Below are positions 9,134 through 18,031 of a stretch of 64,000 nt of DNA, in pieces (the stretch's first letter is position 1; every line of letters begins with the position of its first letter). This DNA comes from Bacteroidia bacterium (lineage in GTDB: Bacteria; Bacteroidota; Bacteroidia; B-17B0; Aurantibacillaceae): NCBI GenBank assembly GCA_963422675.2, contig CAXVYS010000009.1, positions 213,702 to 277,701 of the forward strand. Reading direction: 5' to 3'. Both the position numbers and the translations under genes were made by a program. The notes beneath the pieces were generated by a model. That model was not told the origin of the DNA. It did not search any database and worked only from the letters and a program-made list of their open reading frames with translations.

Positions 9134-10480
9134 TTATCGGGCATTAAAGAGCCAGCCGCTGGGATCCATGGTTTTCTGGCCTTTCCAGATTTGCAGGTTC
9201 ATACTGGTTTTTCCGTCTTCATCCAAAATAGTGCCTATGGCTTGTTTAATCGTAACTTTGTCGCCCTGTTTTACAAATACTTCACCAATATTACTGTAAA
9301 CGCTCAGGTATTCGCCATGCCTTATGATAATGAGTTTACCACCTGTTGGCGAAATGGCAATACTGGTAACTTCTCCTTCAAAAACGGCTCTTGCCTGCGA
9401 ACCTTTACTGGCGCATATTTCCACACCATTATTATTCATAATAAAGCCCTTAATGGCAGGATGCTCGTATTCGCCATAAGGTTGGCATATAACGCCCTTT
9501 ACAACGGGCCATGGTAATTTGCCTCTACTACCGGAAAAGTCTGCTCCTACGGCTTCTGCTTCTTCTGTCAGTTCAGGTGCTGTTGCTTTTACAGGAGTTG
9601 TTTTAACTTCAGCTTTCGTTTTGTTTTCTTTGTTCTTTGTTTTGGCGTTGGCTATCTTTTCCGCTTTCGCTGCTTTTTCTGCGGCAATACGGGTTGATTC
9701 TTCCATTTTACGTTTAATCTCGGCTTCAATCAACCTTTTAATAGCAATCTGTAAATTCTCAGCGTCCTTTTTCTTTTTTTCAAGCTCTTCTTTTAATTCC
9801 TTTTCCTGTTGTTGTAATTCGCTTAAAACGATCTCCTGTTGCTGTTTTTCGCCATCCAGTTGTGTTTTCTCATCTTTTTCGTTGCCTAACAATACATTCT
9901 TTTCATGGCGTTGTCCCTCCAATTCCTTGAGTTTAACACCTAATGCCAATTGCGTGGCAATAATTTCGTTGGCTTGTTTTTTTCGGAAGGCAGTATATTG
10001 TTGAAAATATTTAAGCCGGATGTAAGCCTGGTTAAAATCACCGGAAGCAAATAGGAACATTAATTTGGTGTATGAATCCTGGTTACGCTGGGCAAAATAA
10101 ATCATTTTGGCATATTCACCTTTTAGCTTTTCTAAATTTTGCCTCAGTGAATTAACTTCGGTGGTATTCTTTTTTATAGTGGAATTAATTCTGGAAAGCT
10201 CTGTATTGATGGTGCTGATCAACTCTTCCCGCACTTTAATTTTTGTGTTGATCACTACAATGGTATTGATCTGCGATTTTTTATTGGCCTTGGTTTGGCT
10301 TAACTGATTGTTAAGTTGCTTGATATCATCATTCAGTTTATTTTTTTTATTCTGAAGATCTTTTTGAGAAGTTGTTTTTGTTTGAGCAACAAGTGTTGAT
10401 GTATTGAAACCTATAAAAAAGAGTAATATCCCTATATAAACAAGGTTATTTTTTTTCTTTTTTAATTGGAATAGGGTCAT
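9134..10480 (-). CDS. Murein hydrolase activator EnvC-like / M23 (LytM) peptidase-domain protein with long coiled coil
   Basis: Signal peptide, about 250 aa of K/E/Q-rich heptad-like sequence, and a C-terminal LytM-type domain (GVEICASKG, IIIRHGEYLSVYSN). Confidence 0.8.
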   Translation of the reverse strand: MTLFQLKKKKNNLVYIGILLFFIGFNTSTLVAQTKTTSQKDLQNKKNKLNDDIKQLNNQLSQTKANKKSQINTIVVINTKIKVREELISTINTELSRINSTIKKNTTEVNSLRQNLEKLKGEYAKMIYFAQRNQDSYTKLMFLFASGDFNQAYIRLKYFQQYTAFRKKQANEIIATQLALGVKLKELEGQRHEKNVLLGNEKDEKTQLDGEKQQQEIVLSELQQQEKELKEELEKKKKDAENLQIAIKRLIEAEIKRKMEESTRIAAEKAAKAEKIANAKTKNKENKTKAEVKTTPVKATAPELTEEAEAVGADFSGSRGKLPWPVVKGVICQPYGEYEHPAIKGFIMNNNGVEICASKGSQARAVFEGEVTSIAISPTGGKLIIIRHGEYLSVYSNIGEVFVKQGDKVTIKQAIGTILDEDGKTSMNLQIWKGQKTMDPSGWLFNAR

Positions 10481-11363
10481 AACTTTTTGGTATGTTCAGC
10501 GGCATTTTTTGCGGCTGATTAATTTCTATGCGAACATAGTTAATTTTAAGGTTTATTTTCTTCTCTGCACTAATATCAATATCAACATTGTGTGGTGCAA
10601 AAACAGAGTCAATTGCTACAAATTTCGAGTAAGAAGCACTGAATTTGCGGTTTGTTGTCACATCTATAAAATCATTATTTAAAATTTTGAATGTTTCGGG
10701 GTCCAGTGTCATGGTTTGCATAGAGCGTTTTAGCGTATCCTGACCCGAGTTTATACGTCTAAGCTTTCGTTTTCGTTCAGTGCTTAACAAATAATGGCAA
10801 TTAGCCCTATCGGCTGTTGGTTTGAGTTTTGTGTCATCATCATCAAAATCGGCACTGTTTCCAAATAAAGCTGCTTGCAGCAGGTCAAAATCCAGGTCGG
10901 CATTCAGTAATTGATTAATGTAATTAAAGTCGCCGACAAAATATTTTCGTTTCACGTATACCACCATTTTTACAGTATCGCGTGTAATTAGTAATTTAGC
11001 AACATCAATAGCGCCAAGCGCCTGAATCTGAATCCAGATAGCGCTATCTTTACGGCCTCTTATACGAATATCCAGGTTTTGATCTTCACCGTCAATATTG
11101 GTTTCAACGTCGGCTTTTGCATAGATCCATTTATAAACCAGTTCTTTTTGTTTTAAGTTTTTGGTTAAGGCTTTGGATGTTTTATAGAGTAAATGGCATT
11201 TGCCCAAAAGTGTATCTTCTGTTGGGTTTGTATTGGTAACTTGCTGCGTGTGCTTTTTTGTTTTACAGGCTACTGCAATTAGCAGTAAAAACAGGATACT
11301 TATAAAGGGTAGGCTTATTTGTTTTTTAATGTGCATTTTGAAAAGGGGGAAAGGTAGCTTCAA
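10446..11363 (-). CDS. DUF4292-like lipoprotein (LolB-like fold)
   Basis: Lipobox LLIAVAC. It sits between the TPR protein and the M23 protein, an arrangement I recognise as conserved in Bacteroidota. The likely true start is the second Met at 11336. Confidence 0.6.
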   Translation of the reverse strand: MKLPFPLFKMHIKKQISLPFISILFLLLIAVACKTKKHTQQVTNTNPTEDTLLGKCHLLYKTSKALTKNLKQKELVYKWIYAKADVETNIDGEDQNLDIRIRGRKDSAIWIQIQALGAIDVAKLLITRDTVKMVVYVKRKYFVGDFNYINQLLNADLDFDLLQAALFGNSADFDDDDTKLKPTADRANCHYLLSTERKRKLRRINSGQDTLKRSMQTMTLDPETFKILNNDFIDVTTNRKFSASYSKFVAIDSVFAPHNVDIDISAEKKINLKINYVRIEINQPQKMPLNIPKSYDPIPIKKEKK

Positions 11364-11367
11364 AAAA

Positions 11368-13122
11368 TTATTCGGTTAATTTTTTATCGCTGATCTTTTT
11401 ATTTAATACTTCCGAATTCTGGCCGGCTTCTTTAGCCTGTTTCCAATAGATTAAGGCGTCTTCTTTTTTGCCTAACTGGTACAGTACATCGCCGTAATGT
11501 TCTAAAATAGCAGCTCTTTTTGCTGATTTTACAGCTGCTGCAAGCCATTCTTCTGCCTGGGTGTATTTTTTCTGTTGGTAAAGAATCCATCCGTAAGTAT
11601 CCATAAATACAGGATTGTTGGGGGACAAATCATTACTTCTTCTCGAATATTTTTCAGCTTTATCCAATGATTTTTTTCGGAGGGATAAAAAGTAAGCGTA
11701 GTTATTTAAAATATTGGTATCGTCCGGATCTACTTTCAGCGCATCATCAAAGGCTTTGTCGGATTTGTCGTACTCTTTTAAGTAGTTATAGGCTATTCCT
11801 AAATTGGCATAAAACTGAAGAAGCAAAGGGTTGTTATCATACACAAATTCGATTCCCTCTCTTAACGACTCGGTTGCTTTTTCATATTTTTTTAATTGAA
11901 TATTCGCATAACCATTATAAAAGTAGGGGAAGGCCTGGTTTGGGAATAGCTCAATGGCTTCACTGCTTTGTGTTTCCAATGCTGCAAAATCGCCTGTTTC
12001 AGAAGAGAGAAACATCAATCGGTTCCAGGTATCGAAGCGGCTTTTGTCATATTTTGTAGAAAGCGCATACTCGTCGCGGGCTTCTTTTATTTTTTTGTCT
12101 TTAAATAAAAACTCGGCATAAATGCTGTGAGCATCCGCAGAGGTTGGATGAACCCTCAGCATAATAGCACAAAGCTCATAGGCTTGTTTGTTGAACTCTT
12201 CATTTTTTTCGGAAAGGTCGTAATACGAACCCAGGATCTTGTATTTGGTTTCAACTTCCAGATCCGGATTTTCAAAAGCAATTTTCATTTCTTTGAAAAA
12301 ATTCTCTTTATCATTCACCGATTTATAGTATTCGGCCAATGCTAAATGAACCATCGGATTTTCCGGATCGATTTTTAAAACTTCTCTGTAAGTATTTAAC
12401 GCTTTATCGTTTTGTTTGTTTTCCTGGTAAAACTCCGCAAGGTATGTGTAATAGCGGGGTTGGGTGGGATTAAGACTGATCAGTTTTTTCAGTTCTTCTT
12501 CTGCTTCTTTTGTTTTTTTAATTTGTTTGAGAAGCTTGATTTTATTCAGGGTAAAGCTTTCGCTCGGTCCGAATTTTTTTTCAAGCTCATCATATGTTTT
12601 ATAAGATTTTTCGTACAAGCCGCCGTACATATATTCTGCAGCTAAACCCTCATAAAAATCAGGTCTTTCAGGAAAGTTTTTAATTAAACGGCTGTACACA
12701 TCTGCGGCTTGTGAATATAAGCGTTTACCATGTAAACATTCGATATACAGTAATTGATACCATTCGTTTTTAGGATCTGCAGCGGCACATTCTTTACCAT
12801 ATTTAAGAGCCATTTCCGTTTGCCCGCCAAAGCGGTAAATATTGCCCAACTCATACTTTACAGGGGCAGAGGACAGATCGATCTTTAAACATTCTTTAAA
12901 TGCTTTTTCAGCTACTTCCACATTGCCTTTCATTCTTTCTTTACAACCTTCCACGAAGTAGAATGCAAATTTAGTTTGCGCTTCGGCTGATAAACCTTTG
13001 TCTTTTGAAGAATTGGAAGAAGTTGTTTTACCCGATTGTTTGGATGATTTACAGGAAAGCATAAAACATACCGATAGCGATGCTATTGATAACGTATAGG
13101 CGATATGTTTGTTAACCTTCAA
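11368..13122 (-). CDS. Tetratricopeptide-repeat lipoprotein
   Basis: Lipobox FMLSC, followed by many 34-aa TPR-like units with A/Y/L/P spacing, for example ALKVDPDDTNILNNYAYFL. Confidence 0.75.
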   Translation of the reverse strand: MKVNKHIAYTLSIASLSVCFMLSCKSSKQSGKTTSSNSSKDKGLSAEAQTKFAFYFVEGCKERMKGNVEVAEKAFKECLKIDLSSAPVKYELGNIYRFGGQTEMALKYGKECAAADPKNEWYQLLYIECLHGKRLYSQAADVYSRLIKNFPERPDFYEGLAAEYMYGGLYEKSYKTYDELEKKFGPSESFTLNKIKLLKQIKKTKEAEEELKKLISLNPTQPRYYTYLAEFYQENKQNDKALNTYREVLKIDPENPMVHLALAEYYKSVNDKENFFKEMKIAFENPDLEVETKYKILGSYYDLSEKNEEFNKQAYELCAIMLRVHPTSADAHSIYAEFLFKDKKIKEARDEYALSTKYDKSRFDTWNRLMFLSSETGDFAALETQSSEAIELFPNQAFPYFYNGYANIQLKKYEKATESLREGIEFVYDNNPLLLQFYANLGIAYNYLKEYDKSDKAFDDALKVDPDDTNILNNYAYFLSLRKKSLDKAEKYSRRSNDLSPNNPVFMDTYGWILYQQKKYTQAEEWLAAAVKSAKRAAILEHYGDVLYQLGKKEDALIYWKQAKEAGQNSEVLNKKISDKKLTE

Positions 13123-14133
13123 TTATAAACAAAGATTGGTATAATCACTCATGCTGATGTCTAACGATTTTCCTTTTACTTCTGCTCCTTCACCAATCAT
13201 ACTGTTGGAGATATGTGAGTGGCTTAATTTTGTATTTGCCTGAATAACGCTGTTTTTGATGATCATATCGGTAATGCGGCAATCTGCGCCAATGGAAGCG
13301 TGTGGACCAACAATGGAATTTTTGATCACAACATTATCTCCAATAAAACAAGGCTCGATAATAACACTGTTTTCAGTTATAATATTTTTTCCTTTTAGGT
13401 TTGCTTTACCTTTGTCAAATTCCAATACACGTTGGTTTGTGTAAACGGTCGCATCTTTATTTCCACAATCCAACCATTCGGTAACTTTACCGGGAGTAAA
13501 GGCAATTCCTTTTTGCTTCATATTTTCCAAAGCATTGGTTAATTGAAATTCACCTTTTTCAGTAATGTTATTATCCAGCAAATATTTTAATTCTTTTTTA
13601 AGATTATCGCCGTCTTTAAAATAGTAGATACCAATGATGGCAAGATTACTCACAAAGGTGGCAGGTTTTTCCACAAAATCAGTAATTACACCTGCTTCGT
13701 TTAATTTTACAACGCCAAACTGACTTGGGTCTTCAATACCCTGAACCCAAATTACGCCTTCCTGATTTGTATCCATTACAAAATCAGCTTTAAATAAGGT
13801 ATCAGCAAAAGCCACAACCGTTTTTCCTGTAATAGAAGGTTCTGCACACATAATGGCGTGAGCAGTACCTAATGCTTTTTCCTGGTAGTATATAGTACCT
13901 TTAGCACCTTGTGCTTCAGCGATCTTCACTAAATTATCTTCTACTTCTTTTCCGAAATCAACGCCAATAATAAAGGCTATTTCGTCTACTTTTTCTCCGC
14001 AAACTTTGGTAATGTCTTCCACTAAACGTTGCACAATAGGTTTGCCTGCTACGTTAATTAATGGTTTTGGAACGGTAAGTGTATGAGGGCGCATTCTTTT
14101 TCCTTTGCCCGCCATAGGTATAATAATCTTCAT
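13123..14133 (-). CDS. Sugar-phosphate nucleotidyltransferase with C-terminal left-handed beta-helix
   Basis: N-terminal PMAGKGKRMRP...PKPL signature of NDP-sugar pyrophosphorylases and C-terminal hexapeptide repeats (IGDNVVIKNSIVG...). Its stop abuts the start of the TPR gene. Confidence 0.75.
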   Translation of the reverse strand: MKIIIPMAGKGKRMRPHTLTVPKPLINVAGKPIVQRLVEDITKVCGEKVDEIAFIIGVDFGKEVEDNLVKIAEAQGAKGTIYYQEKALGTAHAIMCAEPSITGKTVVAFADTLFKADFVMDTNQEGVIWVQGIEDPSQFGVVKLNEAGVITDFVEKPATFVSNLAIIGIYYFKDGDNLKKELKYLLDNNITEKGEFQLTNALENMKQKGIAFTPGKVTEWLDCGNKDATVYTNQRVLEFDKGKANLKGKNIITENSVIIEPCFIGDNVVIKNSIVGPHASIGADCRITDMIIKNSVIQANTKLSHSHISNSMIGEGAEVKGKSLDISMSDYTNLCL

Positions 14134-14424
14134 ATAGAACTTAATGTTTTTTTAATGTTGTATCGTTTAATCCGGTATTTTTTGTGTTTTACGTTGGAAA
14201 TATGAGTAAGCTTAACTTTCTTATAATCAGTAAAAAACAGAAACAAATATAATATTAAAATGTGGAGATTTAACCAAATTTATGCTCTGCCGGGTATGCT
14301 TATACTAACATCCCGGTTATTTCTCACTTTTTAACAATTTCTCCGTTTTGCAAGGAAATTGTCCAAAAAGAGGCGTTGAAAGTGCCTGGTATTTTCATAA
14401 AACAGGAACGGCTGCGGGTTTGTT

Positions 14425-14460
14425 ACAAAAAAAATAAGCTATCGTATCCGTTAGCTTATT
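14425..14460 (-). terminator. Rho-independent terminator of the SDR gene
   Basis: A 9-bp stem, aataagcta / tagcttatt (14433-14441 / 14452-14460), followed on the minus strand by T8 (complement of 14425-14432). It lies about 24 nt after the stop at 14484. Confidence 0.65.
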
Positions 14461-14483
14461 TTTAGAGGGTTTGAAATGTAAAA

Positions 14484-15272
14484 TTATAAAGAGGCGGTTC
14501 TTCCTCCATCAACCGGTAAATTAATACCATTGATGTAAGATGCTGCTGGAGATGCCAGGAAAGCCACGGCATTTGCTACTTCCGAAGCTTCTGCAAAGCG
14601 ACCCATTGGGATTTCGGCGAGCATTTCGTTTGTTACCTCTTCTTTGGCATGACCAGTTTTAGTGGATTTATTTTCAATGATCGTTTTTAACCGTATGGTT
14701 GCTGTTGCACCCGGAAGCACATTGTTAACCGTTATATTAAATTTCCCCAGTTCATTGGCCAGTGTTTTACTCCAGTTGGCTACAGCGGCCCTAATGGTAT
14801 TAGATACACCTAGGTTTGCCAATGGTGCTTTTACGGAGGTAGAAATGATATTGATGATACGACCGTACTTCGCATTTTTCATATGTTCCACACAGGCCTG
14901 TACTAAAATGTGGTTACAGATTAAATGGTTGTTAAAGGCCGATAAAAATTCTTCTGTTTTTGCAGAAGCGGCAGGACCTGCAGGAGGCCCACCGGTGTTA
15001 TTTACTAAAATATGAACCCCTGGCTGGCGTTGTAAATACGCTTCAACAATTTGTTTAAGCTCCGTTGGCTTGGCAAAATCAACGCATAGGTAGGCATGTA
15101 ATTGTCCTGCCTCTGTACTTAATTCCTGTTTGGTTAATTTTAATGCTTCTTCGTTACGGGCAACTAATGTTACACTCGCGCCTAAGTTGGCCAGTTCCAT
15201 AGCAATGGCTTTGCCTATTCCTTGTGTACTTCCACATACAATGGCTTGTTTATTTTTAAGATCTAAATTCAT
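14484..15272 (-). CDS. SDR family oxidoreductase (FabG-like fold, atypical active site)
   Basis: GSTQGIGKAIA cofactor loop and an NNTGG motif. The canonical YxxxK position reads S-NTI-R instead. Confidence 0.8.
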   Translation of the reverse strand: MNLDLKNKQAIVCGSTQGIGKAIAMELANLGASVTLVARNEEALKLTKQELSTEAGQLHAYLCVDFAKPTELKQIVEAYLQRQPGVHILVNNTGGPPAGPAASAKTEEFLSAFNNHLICNHILVQACVEHMKNAKYGRIINIISTSVKAPLANLGVSNTIRAAVANWSKTLANELGKFNITVNNVLPGATATIRLKTIIENKSTKTGHAKEEVTNEMLAEIPMGRFAEASEVANAVAFLASPAASYINGINLPVDGGRTASL

Positions 15273-15337
15273 ATTGTTTGTTCTTAATAATTATGTTTTC
15301 TCGTTTTATTTGTAGAAGAAAAGGATGTGTGTTGTCA

Positions 15338-15784
15338 TTAATTTTTTCTTTTTGCCTGGAAAAAATCTTTTAGTAATACGGAGCATTCCTGTTCTAAAAT
15401 TCCTTTAACTACAATGGTTTTAGGGTGTAATACAGTTTGATTCAGTTTGGAAAATCCTTTTTTATCATCACTTGCACCGTATACTATTTTAGTAATATGG
15501 CTCCAGTATAAGGCTCCTGCACACATCACACAGGGTTCTAACGTTACATATAATGTGCAATCGTTTAAATATTTTCCTCCTATAGCATTTGCGGCTGAGG
15601 TAATGATTTGCATTTCTGCATGAGCAGTTACATCATTTAAACGCTCGGTATAATTGTGCGCCCTGGCAATTATTTTATTGTTGGCTACTATTACGGCGCC
15701 AACAGGAACTTCGTCTTCATCAAAAGCTTTTTGTGCTTCTTTTAAAGCTTCATTCATAAAATATTCATCAGAAAATAATTCCAT
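15338..15784 (-). CDS. tadA: tRNA adenosine(34) deaminase TadA
   Basis: CMP/dCMP deaminase zinc motifs HAEM and PCVMCAGA. Length is 148 aa. Confidence 0.9.
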   Translation of the reverse strand: MELFSDEYFMNEALKEAQKAFDEDEVPVGAVIVANNKIIARAHNYTERLNDVTAHAEMQIITSAANAIGGKYLNDCTLYVTLEPCVMCAGALYWSHITKIVYGASDDKKGFSKLNQTVLHPKTIVVKGILEQECSVLLKDFFQAKRKN

Positions 15785-15821
15785 ATGTTTAGCCTCCGTA
15801 AATGGGGCAACTATTTGTTTT

Positions 15822-16409
15822 TTATTCTTTTAAAACCATGTCAATACACATCACCGCTGCTAAAATCAGGATCCGCGTTGGGTCTTCTTTTTTAACGGTT
15901 TCTGAAATGGATAACATATAATTATCAGCAGTTGTAAATAATTCTTTTCCTAAACCGGCCCATTTTTTAGATACTCCGGCCAGTTCGTCTGTGCCCTGCA
16001 TAAATTTAAAATCCCAGCTTGTCCATTTTCCTTTTAAGGTGCAAAGTGGATTGTCATTGGGATCCAGAATATCGAACTTTCCACCGATCGAAAAAAACTT
16101 TTGTTTAAAACGTCCAACTAAATTATCATGTTCATCCAATACTTCTACTGTAGAAAGAAAAATAGATACACCTCTTTTCACGGACAAAATTTTCTCGCCT
16201 GTAGTTGATTTAATTTCAACGTGAAAAGGAGTCATTCTTTTGTAATCTGTAAAACGAAATATCTTGGTAAATGTCCCTAACTGATCTTCACGACAGGTCA
16301 TGATCATTTCTTGTGTATCAGGATTATAGATATCAAAGTTGTTGGCTGCTTTAAAAATTCCAACGTGCTCTTTAATGAAAAATAAATTCTGTTTTAATAA
16401 TGGATGCAT
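15822..16409 (-). CDS. Scramblase / LURP-one-related family protein
   Basis: Soluble 195-aa protein with a repeated beta-hairpin pattern and a hydrophobic C-terminal helix (ILILAAVMCIDMVL), as in the tubby-like scramblase fold. The family assignment is from memory only. Confidence 0.45.
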   Translation of the reverse strand: MHPLLKQNLFFIKEHVGIFKAANNFDIYNPDTQEMIMTCREDQLGTFTKIFRFTDYKRMTPFHVEIKSTTGEKILSVKRGVSIFLSTVEVLDEHDNLVGRFKQKFFSIGGKFDILDPNDNPLCTLKGKWTSWDFKFMQGTDELAGVSKKWAGLGKELFTTADNYMLSISETVKKEDPTRILILAAVMCIDMVLKE

Positions 16410-16420
16410 CGTGTTGTTTT

Positions 16421-17947
16421 TTAGAGTTTAGCCAGGGCTGTTTTCAATCGTGTAATTACTTCGTCTTTACCCAATAGTGCCAATAGGTCAAATAACTGGG
16501 CACCACCGGAAACACCTGTCGTTAATACACGTAACACCTGCATATCGAGTTTGCCTATTTCTGTTTGTGCTTCCTGAAACGAATCATGTAATGTGTGGGT
16601 ATCCCATACAGGCAATGCTTCAAATTTAGAGGTTAGCTTAGTAAATTGCTCTTTTGAAGTATCGTTCCATTTTTTAGTCATCACTTTTTCGTCGTAGCTT
16701 GTAGGAGCTACAAAAAAGTAAGACCCCAACTCATAAAACTCGGTTACAAAATGTGCTTTTTCTTTAATCAGTCTGCAAAATTCTATAATAAAGGCTTTGT
16801 CTTTTTTAATGCCTTTGGCTTCCAGTAAAGGGCTCACAGACTCAGCCAATTGCTCATCTGTTTGCATTCTTAAATATTGCTGATTAAACCATTTTGTTTT
16901 TTCGGGATCGAATTTAGCTCCTGATTTGTTGACACGTTCAAAAGAAAAGTTTTCAATTAATTCCTGTTTACTCATGATTTCCCTGTTATCACCGGGATTC
17001 CAGCCAAGTAAAGCTAACATGTTAATAAAAGCATCCGGTGTAAACCCCGATTCTTTATAACCTATATAATCCGTTTTATCTCTGGGGTCGTGCCAGTTTA
17101 AAGGGAACATGGGTAATCCCGATTTATCGCGTTTTGATAATTTGCCATTACCATCCGGTTTTAAGATCAATGGTAAATGCGCCAGTTGCGGCATTTGATC
17201 TTCCATCCCTAAGTAACGGTAAATTAAAATATGCGATGGGGCACTTGGTAACCATTCTTCTCCACGTACGGCATGTGTGATTTTCATTTCCAGATCATCC
17301 ACAATATGCGCCAGGTGATAGGTTGGCATACCATCACTTTTTAAAAGTACTTTATCATCTACCTGAGAAGAGTTTACGGTTACCCAACCACGAATGATAT
17401 CATGAAAACGGATTTCTTCGTTACGGGGTACTTTTAAGCGAACCACATGGGGAACACCACTCTCAATTAATTTTGCTACTTCGTCTTCGGGCAGGGTTAA
17501 TGAGTTACGCATGTTTTGGCGTGTAATGGCATTGTACTGAGGGGCCACTACTTTAGCTGCTTCCAGACGTTTGCGCATTTCATCCAGTTCTTCGGAAGTA
17601 TCAAAGGCGTAGTACGCATGACCTGATGCAATTAACTGATCTGCATATTTTTTATAAATACCTAATTCTTTTCTTTCACTTTGGCGATAAGGCGCATAAG
17701 GCCCGTCGCCAAACCCCACACCTTCATTGGGCTCTATTCCACACCATTTAAGTGCACTTATAATATAATCTTCAGCACCTTCCACATAACGTGTCTGGTC
17801 GGTATCTTCTATTCTTAATACAAAATCTCCACCATGTTTTTTGGCGTATAAATAGCTGAATAAAGCGGTGCGCACACCACCCATATGTAAGCCTCCTGTT
17901 GGGCTAGGGGCAAAACGTAAACGAACTTTTTTTTCCATAGGCTGCAA
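16421..17947 (-). CDS. gltX: Glutamate--tRNA ligase
   Basis: Class I signatures: a HIGH variant (PSPTGGLHMGG) and KMSKS (KLSKRD). The start may be the second Met at 17938. Confidence 0.95.
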   Translation of the reverse strand: MQPMEKKVRLRFAPSPTGGLHMGGVRTALFSYLYAKKHGGDFVLRIEDTDQTRYVEGAEDYIISALKWCGIEPNEGVGFGDGPYAPYRQSERKELGIYKKYADQLIASGHAYYAFDTSEELDEMRKRLEAAKVVAPQYNAITRQNMRNSLTLPEDEVAKLIESGVPHVVRLKVPRNEEIRFHDIIRGWVTVNSSQVDDKVLLKSDGMPTYHLAHIVDDLEMKITHAVRGEEWLPSAPSHILIYRYLGMEDQMPQLAHLPLILKPDGNGKLSKRDKSGLPMFPLNWHDPRDKTDYIGYKESGFTPDAFINMLALLGWNPGDNREIMSKQELIENFSFERVNKSGAKFDPEKTKWFNQQYLRMQTDEQLAESVSPLLEAKGIKKDKAFIIEFCRLIKEKAHFVTEFYELGSYFFVAPTSYDEKVMTKKWNDTSKEQFTKLTSKFEALPVWDTHTLHDSFQEAQTEIGKLDMQVLRVLTTGVSGGAQLFDLLALLGKDEVITRLKTALAKL

Positions 17948-18031
17948 AGATACTAAAAAACTGAATTTTTAGCCATTTGATGCTTATTAATAAAAGAAGT
18001 AGCTTTAATGCAAGTATAAAACTAGAATCTT

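Noticed and set aside
9519-10004. 161-aa plus-strand ORF rich in S/F/C
   Set aside because: It lies entirely antisense to the K/E/Q-rich coiled-coil region of the EnvC-like gene. Its low-complexity composition is the mirror image of AAA/GAA-rich codons, and it has no start context or motifs.
14324-14398. 24-codon minus-strand mini-ORF (MKIPGTFNASFWTISLQNGEIVKK) in the long spacer
   Set aside because: Too short to support without conservation or ribosome-profiling data. No recognisable leader-peptide logic, such as runs of a regulatory amino acid.
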